DNA of 64,000 nt, taken from assembly GCA_051362555.1 (NCBI GenBank), contig CM120641.1, forward strand, positions 11,160,001-11,224,000, read 5' to 3'. The notes beneath the pieces are model-generated. The model had not been told where the DNA came from. It did not search any database and was given only the letters and a program-made list of their open reading frames with translations. Shown here one piece after another: positions 1 to 12,000 of this stretch. The position numbers and the translations under genes are program-made. The stretch is from Lingula anatina. Its lineage: Eukaryota; Animalia; Brachiopoda. Numbering within the stretch: the first letter of the stretch is position 1; each line of letters opens with the position of its first letter.

Positions 1-3000
1 TGTGAAGTTACATCACCTGCGACAGTTGTAGTCTCTTGTGCAGTCACACCAGAGGCTTGTGTTGTAACATCTGCAGCTGCTGTGGTGCTTGCATCAGTAA
101 CAGCAGCTGTCTGTGCCTGTGTGGTTACATCGGCAGCAGCAGTAGTCTGGGCTTGAGTTGTTGCTGCCTGTGAAGTTACATCACCTGCGACAGTTGTAGT
201 CTCTTGTGCAGTCACACCAGAGGCTTGTGTTGTAACATCTGCAGCTGCTGTGGTGCTTGCATCAGTAACAGCAGCTGTCTGTGCCTGTGTGGTTACATCG
301 GCAGCAGCAGTAGTCTGGGCTTGAGTTGTTGGTGCCTGTGAAGTTACATCACCTGCGACAGTTGTAGTCTCTTGTGCAGTCACACCAGAGGCTGGTGTTG
401 TAACATCTGCAGCTGCTGTGGTGCTTGCATCAGTAACAGCAGCTGTCTGTGCCTGTGTGGTTACATCGGCAGCAGCAGTAGTCTGGGCGTCATTTGTTGC
501 TGCCTGTGAAGTTACATCACCTGCGACAGTTGAAGTCTCTTGTGCAGTCACACCAGAGGCTTGTGTTGTAACATCTACAGCTGCTGTGGTGCTTGCATCA
601 GTAACTGCAGCTGTCTGTGCCTGTGTGGTTACATCGGCAGCAGCAGTAGTCTGGGCTTGAGTTGTTGCTGCCTGTGAAGTTACATCACCTGCGACAGTTG
701 AAGTCTCTTGTGCAGTCACACCAGAGGCTTGTGTTGTAACATCTGCAGCTGCTGTGGTGCTTGCATCAGTAACAGCAGCTGTCTGTGCCTGTGTGGTTAC
801 ATCGGCAGCAGCAGTAGTCTGGGCTTGAGTTGCTGCTGCCTGTAAAGTTACATCACCTGCGACAGTTGAAGTCTCTTGTGCAGTCACACCAGAGGCTTGT
901 GTTGTAACATCTGCAGCTGCTGTGGTGCTTGCATCAGTAACAGCAGCTGTCTGTGCCTGTGTGGTTACATCGGCAGCAGCAGTAGTCTGGGCTTGAGTTG
1001 TTGCTGCCTGTGAAGTTACATCACCTGCGACAGTTGTAGTCTCTTGTGCAGTCACACCAGAGGCTTGTGTTGTAACATCGGCAGCAGCAGTAGTCTGGGC
1101 TTGAGTTGTTGCTGCCTGTGAAGTTACATCACCTGCGACAGTTGTAGTCTCTTGTGCAGTCACACCAGAGGCTGGTGTTGTAACATCTGCAGCTGCTGTG
1201 GTGCTTGCATCAGTAACAGCAGCTGTTTGTGCCTGTGTGGTTACATCGGCAGCAGCAGTAGTCTGGGCTTGAGTTGTTGCTGCCTGTGAAGTTACATCAC
1301 CTGCGACAGTTGAAGTCTCTTGTGCAGTCACACCAGAGGCTTGTGTTGTAACATCTGCAGCTGCTGTGGAGCTTGCATCAGTAACAGCAGCTGTCTGTGC
1401 CTGTGTGGTTATATCGGCAGCAGCAGTAGTCTGGGCTTGAGTTGTTGCTGCCTGAGAAATTACATCACCTGTGACAGTTGAAGTCTCTTGTGCAGTCACA
1501 CCAGAGGCTTGTGTTGTAACATCTGCAGCTGCTGTGGTGCTTGCATCAGTAACAGGAGCTGTCTGTGCCTGTGTGGTTACATCGGCAGCAGCAGTAGTCT
1601 GGGCTTGAGTTGTTGCTGCCTGTGAAGTTACATCACCTGCGACAGTTGTAGTTTCTTGTGCAGTTACACCAGAGGCTTGTGTTGTAACATCTGCAGCTGC
1701 TGTGGTGCTTGCATCAGTAACAGCAGCTGTCTGTGCCTGTGTGGTTACATCGGCAGCAGCAGTAGTCTGGGCTTCAGTTGTTGCTGCCTGTGAAGTTACA
1801 TCACCTGCGACAGTTGTAGTCTCTTGTGCAGTCACACCAGAGGCTTGTGTTGTAACATCTGCAGCTGCTGTGGTGCTTGCATCAGTAACAACGGCTGTCT
1901 GTGCCTGTGTGGTAACATCGGCAGCAGCAGTAGTCTGGGCTTGAGTTGTTGCTGCCTGTGAAGTTACATCACCTGTGACAGTTGTAGTCTCTTGTGCAGT
2001 CACACCAGAGGCTTGTGTTGTAACATCGGCAGCAGCAGTAGTCTGGGCTTGAGTTGTTGCTGCCTGTGAAGTTACATCACCTGCGACAGTTGTAGTCTCT
2101 TGTGCAGTCACACCAGAGGCTGGTGTTGTAACATCTGCAGCTGCTGTGGTGCTTGCATCAGTAACAGCAGCTGTCTGTGCCTGTGTGGTTACATCGGCAG
2201 CAGCAGTAGTCTGGGCGTCATTTGTTGCTGCCTGTGAAGTTACATCACCTGCGACAGTTGAAGTCTCTTGTGCAGTCACACCAGAGGCTTGTGTTGTAAC
2301 ATCTACAGCTGCTGTGGTGCTTGCATCAGTAACTGCAGCTGTCTGTGCCTGTGTGGTTACATCGGCAGCAGCAGTAGTCTGGGCTTGAGTTGTTGCTGCC
2401 TGTGAAGTTACATCACCTGCGACAGTTGAAGTCTCTTGTGCAGTCACACCAGAGGCTTGTGTTGTAACATCTGCAGCTGCTGTGGTGCTTGCATCAGTAA
2501 CAGCAGCTGTCTGTGCCTGTGTGGTTACATCAGCAGCAGCAGTAGTCTGGGCTTGAGTTGTTGCTGCCTGTGAAGTTACATCACCTGCGACAGTTGTAGT
2601 CTCTTGTGCAGTCACACCAGAGGCTTGTGTTGTAACATCTGCAGCTGCTGTGGTGCTTGCATCAGTAACAGCAGCTGTCTGTGCCTGTGTGGTTACATCG
2701 GCAGCAGCAGTAGTCTGGGCTTGAGTTGTTGCTGCCTGTAAAGTTACATCACCTGCGACAGTTGAAGTCTCTTGTGCAGTCACACCAGAGGCTTGTGTTG
2801 TAACATCTGCAGCTGCTGTGGTGCTTGCATCAGTTACAGCAGCTGTCTGTGCCTGTGTGGTTACATCGGCAGCAGCAGTAGTCTGGGCTTGAGTTGTTGC
2901 TGCCTGTGAAGTTACATCACCTGCGACAGTTGAAGTCTCTTGTGCAGTCACACCAGAGGCTTGTGTTGTAACATCTGCAGCTGCTGTGGTGCTTGCATCA

Positions 3001-6000
3001 GTAACAGCAGCTGTCTGTGCCTGTGTGGTTACATCGGCAGCAGCAGTAGTCTGGGCTTGAGTTGTTGCTGCCTGTGAAGTTACATCACCTGCGACAGTTG
3101 AAGTCTCTTGTGCAGTCACACCAGAGGCTTGTGTTGTAACATCTGCAGCTGCTGTGGTGCTTGCATCAGTAACAGCAGCTGTCTGTGCCTGTGTGGTTAC
3201 ATCGGCAGCAGCAGTAGTCTGGGCTTGAGTTGTTGCTGCCTGTGAAGTTACATCACCTGCGACAGTTGTAGTCTCTTGTGCAGTCACACCAGAGGCTTGT
3301 GTTGTAACATCTGCAGCTGCTGTGGTGCTTGCATCAGTAACAGCAGCTGTCTGTGCCTGTGTGGTTACATCGGCAGCAGCAGTAGTCTGGGCTTGAGTTG
3401 TTGCTGCCTGTGAAGTTACATTACCTGCGACAGTTGTAGTCTCTTGTGCAGTCACACCAGAGGCTTGTGTTGTAACATCTGCACCTGCTGTGGTGCTTGC
3501 ATCAGTAACAGCAGCTGTCTGTGCCTGTGTGGTTACATCGGCAGCAGCAGTAGTCTGGGCTTGAGTTGTTGCTGCCTGTGAAGTTACATCACCTGCGACA
3601 GTTGTAGTCTCTTGTGCAGTCACACCAGAGGCTTGTGTTGTAACATCTGCAGTTGCTGTGGTGCTTGCATCAGTAACAGCAGCTGTCTGTGCCTGTGTGG
3701 TTACATCGGCAGCAGCAGTAGTCTGGGCTTGAGTTGTTGCTGCCTGTGAAGTTACATCACCTGCAACAGTTGTAGTCTCTTGTGCAGTCACACCAGAGGC
3801 TTGTGTTGTAACATCTGCAGCTGCTGTGGTGCTTGCATCAGTAACAGCAGTTGTCTGTGCCTGTGTGGTTACATCGGCAGCAGCAGTAGTCTGGGCTTGA
3901 GTTGTTGCTGCCTGTGAAGTTACATCACCTGCGACAGTTGTAGTCACTTGTGCAGTCACACCAGAGGCTTTTGTTGTAACATCTGCAGCTGCTGTGGTGC
4001 TTGCATCAGTAACAGCAGCTGTCTGTGCCTGTGTGGTTACATCGGCAGCAGCAGTAGTCTGGGCTTGAGTTGTTGCTGCCTGTGAAGTTACATCACCTGC
4101 GACAGTTGTAGTCTCTTGTGCAGTCACACCAGAGGCTTGTGTTGTAACATCTGCAGCTGCTGTGGTGCTTGCATCAGTAACAGCAGCTGTCTGTGCCTGT
4201 GTGGTTACATCGGCAGCAGCAGTAGTCTGGGCTTGAGTTGTTGCTGCCTGTGAAGTTACATCACCTGCGACAGTTGTAGTCTCTTGTGCAGTCACACCAG
4301 AGGCTTGTGTTGTAACATCTGCAGCTGCTGTGGTGCTTGCATCAGTAACAGCAGCTGTCTGTGCCTGTGTGGTTACATCGGCAGCAGCAGTAGTCTGGGC
4401 TTGAGTTGTTGCTGCTTGTGAAGTTACATCACCTGCGACAGTTGTAGTCACTTGTGCAGTCACACCAGAGGCTTTTGTTGTAACATCTGCAGCTGCTGTG
4501 GTGCTTGCATCAGTAACAGCAGCTGTCTGTGCCTGTGTGGTTACATCGGCAGCAGCAGTAGTCTGGGCTTGAGTTGTTGCTGCCTGTGAAGTTACATCAC
4601 CTGCGACAGTTGAAGTCTCTTGTGCAGTCACACCAGAGGCTTGTGTTGTAACATCTGCAGCTGCTGTGGTGCTTGCATCAGTAACAGCAGCTGTCTGTGC
4701 CTGTGTGGTTACATCGGCAGCAGCAGTAGTCTGGGCTTGAGTTGTTGCTGCCTGTGAAGTTACATCACCTGCGACAGTTGAAGTCTCTTGTGCAGTCACA
4801 CCAGAGGCTTGTGTTGTAACATCTGCAGCTGCTGTGGTGCTTGCATCAGTAACAGCAGCTGTCTGTGCCTGTGTGGTTACATCGGCAGCAGCAGTAGTCT
4901 GGGCTTGAGTTGTTGCTGCCTGTGAAGTTACATCACCTGCGACAGTTGTAGTCTCTTGTGCAGTCACACCAGAGGCTTGTGTTGTAACATCTGCAGCTGC
5001 TGTGGTGCTTGCATCAGTAACAGCAGCTGTCTGTGCCTGTGTGGTTACATCGGCAGCAGCAGTAGTCTGGGCTTGAGTTGTTGCTGCCTGTGAAGTTACA
5101 TCACCTGCGACAGTTGTAGTCTCTTGTGCAGTCACACCAGAGGCTTGTGTTGTAACATCTGCACCTGCTGTGGTGCTTGCATCAGTAACAGCAGCTGTCT
5201 GTGCCTGTGTGGTTACATCGGCAGCAGCAGTAGTCTGGGCTTGAGTTGTTGCTGCCTGTGAAGTTACATCACCTGCGACAGTTGTAGTCTCTTGTGCAGT
5301 CACACCAGAGGCTTGTGTTGTAACATCTGCAGTTGCTGTGGTGCTTGCATCAGTAACAGCAGCTGTCTGTGCCTGTGTGGTTACATCGGCAGCAGCAGTA
5401 GTCTGGGCTTGAGTTGTTGCTGCCTGTGAAGTTACATCACCTGCGACAGTTGTAGTCACTTGTGCAGTCACACCAGAGGCTTTTGTTGTAACATCTGCAG
5501 CTGCTGTGGTGCTTGCATCAGTAACAGCAGCTGTCTGTGCCTGTGTGGTTACATCGGCAGCAGCAGTAGTCTGGGCTTGAGTTGTTGCTGCCTGTGAAGT
5601 TACATCACCTGCGACAGTTGTAGTCTCTTGTGCAGTCACACCAGAGGCTTGTGTCGTAACATCTGCAGCTGCTGTGGTGCTTGCATCAGTAACAGAAGCT
5701 GTCTGTGCCTGTGTGGTTACATCGGCAGCAGCAGTAGTCTGGGCTTGAGTTGTTGCTGCCTGTGAAGTTACATCACCTGCGACAGTTGTAGTCTCTTGTG
5801 CACTCACACCAGAGGCTTGTGTTGTAACATCTGCAGCTGCTGTGGTGCTTGCATCAGTAACAGCAGCTGTCTGTGCCTGTGTGGTTACATCGGCAGCAGC
5901 AGTAGTCTGGGCTTGAGTTGTTGCTGCCTGTGAAGTTACATCACCTGCAACAGTTGTAGACTCTTGTGCAGTCACACCAGAGGCTTGTGTTGTAACATCT

Positions 6001-9000
6001 GCAGCTGCTGTGGTGCTTGCATCAGTAACAGCAGCTGTCTGTGCCTGTGTGGTTACATCGGCAGCAGCAGTAGTCTGGGCTTGAGTTGTTGCTGCCTGTG
6101 AAGTTACATCACCTGCGACAGTTGTAGTCTCTTGTGCAGTCACACCAGAGGCTTGTGTTGTAACAGCTGCAGCTGCTGTGGTGCTTGCATCAGTAACAGC
6201 AGCTGTGTGTGCCTGTGTGGTTACATCGGCAGCAGCAGTAGTCTGGGCTTGAGTTGTTGCTGCCTGTGAAGTTACATCACCTGCGACAGTTGTAGTCTCT
6301 TGTGCAGTCACACCAGAGGCTTGTGTTGTAACATCTGCACCTGCTGTGGTGCTTGCATCAGTAACAGCAGCTGTCTGTGCCTGTGTGGTTACATCGGCAG
6401 CAGCAGTAGTCTGGGCTTGAGTTGTTGCTGCCTGTGAAGTTACATCACCTGCGACAGTTGTAGTCTCTTGTGCAGTCACACCAGAGGCTTGTGTTGTAAC
6501 ATCTGCAGCTGCTGTGGTGCTTGCATCAGTAACAGCAGCTGTCTGTGCCTGTGTGGTTACATCGGCAGCAGCAGTAGTCTGGGCTTGAGTTGTTGCTGCC
6601 TGTGAAGTTACATCACCTGCGACAGTTGAAGTCTCTTGTGCAGTCACACCAGAGGCTTGTGTTGTAACATCTGCAGCTGCTGTGGTGCTTGCATCAGTAA
6701 CAGCAGCTGTCTGTGCCTGTGTGGTTACATCGGCAGCAGCAGTAGTCTGGGCTTGAGTTGTTGCTGCCTGTGAAGTTACATCACCTGCGACAGTTGTAGT
6801 CTCTTGTGCAGTCACACCAGAGGCTTGTGTTGTAACATCTGCAGCTGCTGTGGTGCTTGCATCAGTAACAGCAGCTGTCTGTGCCTGTGTGGTTACATCG
6901 GCAGCAGCAGTAGTCTGGGCTTGAGTTGTTGCTGCCTGTGAAGTTACATCACCTGCGACAGTTGTAGTCTCTTGTGCAGTCACACCAGAGGCTTGTGTTG
7001 TAACATCTGCACCTGCTGTGGTGCTTGCATCAGTAACAGCAGCTGTCTGTGCCTGTGTGGTTACATCGGCAGCAGCAGTAGTCTGGGCTTGAGTTGTTGC
7101 TGCCTGTGAAGTTACATCACCTGCGACAGTTGTAGTCTCTTGTGCAGTCACACCAGAGGCTTGTGTTGTAACATCTGCAGTTGCTGTGGTGCTTGCATCA
7201 GTAACAGCAGCTGTCTGTGCCTGTGTGGTTACATCGGCAGCAGCAGTAGTCTGGGCTTGAGTTGTTGCTGCCTGTGAAGTTACATCACCTGCGACAGTTG
7301 TAGTCACTTGTGCAGTCACACCAGAGGCTTTTGTTGTAACATCTGCAGCTGCTGTGGTGCTTGCATCAGTAACAGCAGCTGTCTGTGCCTGTGTGGTTAC
7401 ATCGGCAGCAGCAGTAGTCTGGGCTTGAGTTGTTGCTGCCTGTGAAGTTACATCACCTGCGACAGTTGTAGTCTCTTGTGCAGTCACACCAGAGGCTTGT
7501 GTCGTAACATCTGCAGCTGCTGTGGTGCTTGCATCAGTAACAGAAGCTGTCTGTGCCTGTGTGGTTACATCGGCAGCAGCAGTAGTCTGGGCTTGAGTTG
7601 TTGCTGCCTGTGAAGTTACATCACCTGCGACAGTTGTAGTCTCTTGTGCACTCACACCAGAGGCTTGTGTTGTAACATCTGCAGCTGCTGTGGTGCTTGC
7701 ATCAGTAACAGCAGCTGTCTGTGCCTGTGTGGTTACATCGGCAGCAGCAGTAGTCTGGGCTTGAGTTGTTGCTGCCTGTGAAGTTACATCACCTGCAACA
7801 GTTGTAGACTCTTGTGCAGTCACACCAGAGGCTTGTGTTGTAACATCTGCAGCTGCTGTGGTGCTTGCATCAGTAACAGCAGCTGTCTGTGCCTGTGTGG
7901 TTACATCGGCAGCAGCAGTAGTCTGGGCTTGAGTTGTTGCTGCCTGTGAAGTTACATCACCTGCGACAGTTGTAGTCTCTTGTGCAGTCACACCAGAGGC
8001 TTGTGTTGTAACAGCTGCAGCTGCTGTGGTGCTTGCATCAGTAACAGCAGCTGTGTGTGCCTGTGTGGTTACATCGGCAGCAGCAGTAGTCTGGGCTTGA
8101 GTTGTTGCTGCCTGTGAAGTTACATCACCTGCGACAGTTGTAGTCTCTTGTGCAGTCACACCAGAGGCTTGTGTTGTAACATCTGCACCTGCTGTGGTGC
8201 TTGCATCAGTAACAGCAGCTGTCTGTGCCTGTGTGGTTACATCGGCAGCAGCAGTAGTCTGGGCTTGAGTTGTTGCTGCCTGTGAAGTTACATCACCTGC
8301 GACAGTTGTAGTCTCTTGTGCAGTCACACCAGAGGCTTGTGTTGTAACATCTGCAGCTGCTGTGGTGCTTGCATCAGTAACAGCAGCTGTCTGTGCCTGT
8401 GTGGTTACATCGGCAGCAGCAGTAGTCTGGGCTTGAGTTGTTGCTGCCTGTGAAGTTACATCACCTGCGACAGTTGTAGTCTCTTGTGCAGTCACACCAG
8501 AGGCTTGTGTTGTAACATCTGCAGTTGCTGTGGTGCTTGCATCAGTAACAGCAGCTGTCTGTGCCTGTGTGGTTACATCGGCAGCAGCAGTAGTCTGGGC
8601 TTGAGTTGTTGCTGCCTGTGAAGTTACATCACCTGCGACAGTTGTAGTCTCTTGTGCAGTCACACCAGAGGCTTGTGTTGTAACATCTGCAGCTGCTGTG
8701 GTGCTTGCATCAGTAACAGCAGCTGTCTGTGCCTGTGTGGTTACATCGGCAGCAGCAGTAGTCTGGGCTTGAGTTGTTGCTGCCTGTGAAGCTACATCAC
8801 CTGCGACAGTTGTAGTCTCTTGTGCAGTCACACCAGAGGCTTGTGTTGTAACATCTGCAGTTGCTGTGGTGCTTGCATCAGTAACAGCAGCTGTCTGTGC
8901 CTGTGTGGTTACATCGGCAGCAGCAGTATTCTGGGCTTGAGTTGTTGCTGCCTGTGAAGTTACATCACCTGCGACAGTTGTAGTCTCTTGTGCAGTCACA

Positions 9001-12000
9001 CCAGAGGCTTGTGTTGTAACATCTGCAGCTGCTGTGGTGCTTGCATCAGTAACAGCAGCTGTCTGTGCCTGTGTGGTTACATCGGCAGCAGCAGTAGTCT
9101 GGGCTTGAGTTGTTGCTGCCTGTGAAGTTACATCACCTGCGACAGTTGAAGTCTCTTGTGCAGTCACACCAGAGGCTTGTGTTGTAACATCTGCAGCTGC
9201 TGTGGTGCTTGCATCAGTAACAGCAGCTGTCTGTGCCTGTGTGGTTACATCGGCAGCAGCAGTAGTCTGGGCTTGAGTTGTTGCTGCCTGTGAAGTTACA
9301 TCACCTGCGACAGTTGTAGTCTCTTGTGCAGTCACACCAGAGGCTTGTGTTGTAACATCTGCAGCTGCTGTGGTGCTTGCATCAGTAACAGCAGCTGTCT
9401 GTGCCTGTGTGGTTACATCGGCAGCAGCAGTAGTCTGGGCTTGAGTTGTTGTTACCTGTGAAGTTACATCACCTGCGACAGTTGTAGTCACTTGTGCAGT
9501 CACACCAGAGGCTTGTGTTGTAACATCTGCAGCTGCTGTGGTGCTTGCATCAGTAACAGCAGCTGTCTGTGCCTGTGTGGTTACATCGGCAGCAGCAGTA
9601 GTCTGGGCTTGAGTTGTTGCTGCCTGTGAAGTTACATCACCTGCGACAGTTGTAGTCTCTTGTGCAGTCACACCAGAGGCTTGTGTTGTAACATCTGCAG
9701 TTGCTGTGGTGCTTGCATCAGTAACAGCAGCTGTCTGTGCCTGTGTGGTTACATTGGCAGCAGCAGTAGTCTGCACTTGAGTTGTTGTTACCTGTGAAGT
9801 TACATCACCTGCGACAGTTGTAGTCACTTGTGCAGTCACACCAGAGGCTTTTGTTGTAACATCTGCAGCTGCTGTGGTGCTTGCATCAGTAACAGCAGCT
9901 GTCTGTGCCTGTGTGGTTACATCGGCAGCAGCAGTAGTCTGGGCTTGAGTTGTTGTTACCTTTGAAGTTACATCACCTGCGACAGTTGTAGTCACTTGTG
10001 CAGTCACACCAGAGGCTTGTGTTGTAACATCTGCAGCTGCTGTGGTGCTTGCATCAGTAACAGCAGCTGTCTGTGCCTGTGTGGTTACATCGGCAGCAGC
10101 AGTAGTCTGGGCTTGAGTTGTTGCTGCCTGTGAAGTTACATCACCTGCGACAGTTGTAGTCTCTTGTGCAGTCACACCAGAGGCTTGTGTTGTAACATCT
10201 GCAGCTGCTGTGGTGCTTGCATCAGTAACAGAAGCTGTCTGTGCCTGTGTGGTTACATCGGCAGCAGCAGTAGTCTGGGCTTGAGTTGTTGCTGCCTGTG
10301 AAGTTACATCACCTGCGACAGTTGTAGTCTCTTGTGCACTCACACCAGAGGCTTGTGTTGTAACATCTGCAGCTGCTGTGGTGCTTGCATCAGTAACAGC
10401 AGCTGTCTGTGCCTGTGTGGTTACATCGGCAGCAGCAGTAGTCTGGGCTTGAGTTGTTGCTACCTGTGAAGTTACATCACCTGCGACAGTTGTAGTCTCT
10501 TGTGCAGTCACACCAGAGGCTTGTGTTGTAACATCTGCAGCTGCTGTGGTGCTTGCATCAGTAACAGCAGCTGTCTGTGCCTGTGTGGTTACATCGGCAG
10601 CAGCAGTAGTCTGGGCTTGAGTTGTTGCTGCCTGTGAAGTTACATCACCTGCGACAGTTGTAGTCTCTTGTGCAGTCACACCAGAGGCTTGTGTTGTAAC
10701 ATCTGCAGCTGCTGTGGTGCTTGCATCAGTAACAGAAGCTGTCTGTGCCTGTGTGGTTACATCGGCAGCAGCAGTAGTCTGGGCTTGAGTTGTTGCTGCC
10801 TGTGAAGTTACATCACCTGCGACAGTTGTAGTCTCTTGTGCACTCACACCAGAGGCTTGTGTTGTAACATCTGCAGCTGCTGTGGTGCTTGCATCAGTAA
10901 CAGCAGCTGTCTGTGCCTGTGTGGTTACATCGGCAGCAGCAGTAGTCTGGGCTTGAGTTGTTGCTGCCTGTGAAGTTACATCACCTGCAACAGTTGTAGT
11001 CTCTTGTGCAGTCACACCAGAGGCTTGTGTTGTAACATCTGCAGCTGCTGTGGTGCTTGCATCAGTAACAGCAGCTGTCTGTGCCTGTGTGGTTACATCG
11101 GCAGCAGCAGTAGTCTGGGCTTGAGTTGTTGCTACCTGTGAAGTTACATCACCTGCGACAGTTGTAGTCTCTTGTGCAGTCACACCAGAGGCTTGTGTTG
11201 TAACATCTGCAGCTGCTGTGGTGCTTGCATCAGTAACAGCAGCTGTCTGTGCCTGTGTGGTTACATCGGCAGCAGCAGTAGTCTGGGCTTGAGTTGTTGC
11301 TGCTTGTGAAGTTACATCACCTGCGACAGTTGTAGTCTCTTGTGCTGTCACACCAGAGGCTTGTGTTGTAACATCTGCAGCTGCTGTGGTGCTTGCATCA
11401 GTAACAGCAGCTGTCTGTGCCTGTGTGGTTACATCGGCAGCAGCAGTAGTCTGGGCTTGAGTTGTTGCTACCTGTGAAGTTACATCACCTGCCACAGTTG
11501 TAGTCTCTTGTGCAGTCACACCAGAGGCTTGTGTTGTAACATCTGCAGCTGCTGTGGTGCTTGCATCAGTAACAGCAGCTGTCTGTGCCTGTGTGGTTAC
11601 ATCGGCAGCAGCAGTAGTCTGAGCTTGAGTTGTTGCTGCCTGTGAAGTTACATCACCTGCGACAGTTGTAGTCTCTTGTGCAGTCACACCAGAGGCTTGT
11701 GTTGTAACATCTGCAGCTGCTGTGGTGCTTGCATCAGTAACAACAGCTGTCTGTGCCTGTGTGGTTACATCGGCAGCAGCAGTAGTCTGGGCTTGAGTTG
11801 TTGCTGCCTGTGAAGTTACATCACCTGCGACAGTTGTAGTCTCTTGTGCAGTCACACCAGAGGCTTGTGTTGTAACATCTGCAGCTGCTGTGGTGCTTGC
11901 ATCAGTAACAGCAGCTGTCTGTGCCTGTGTGGTTACATCGGCAGCAGCAGTAGTCTGGGCTTGAGTTGTTGCTGCCTGTGAAGTTACATCACCTGCGACA

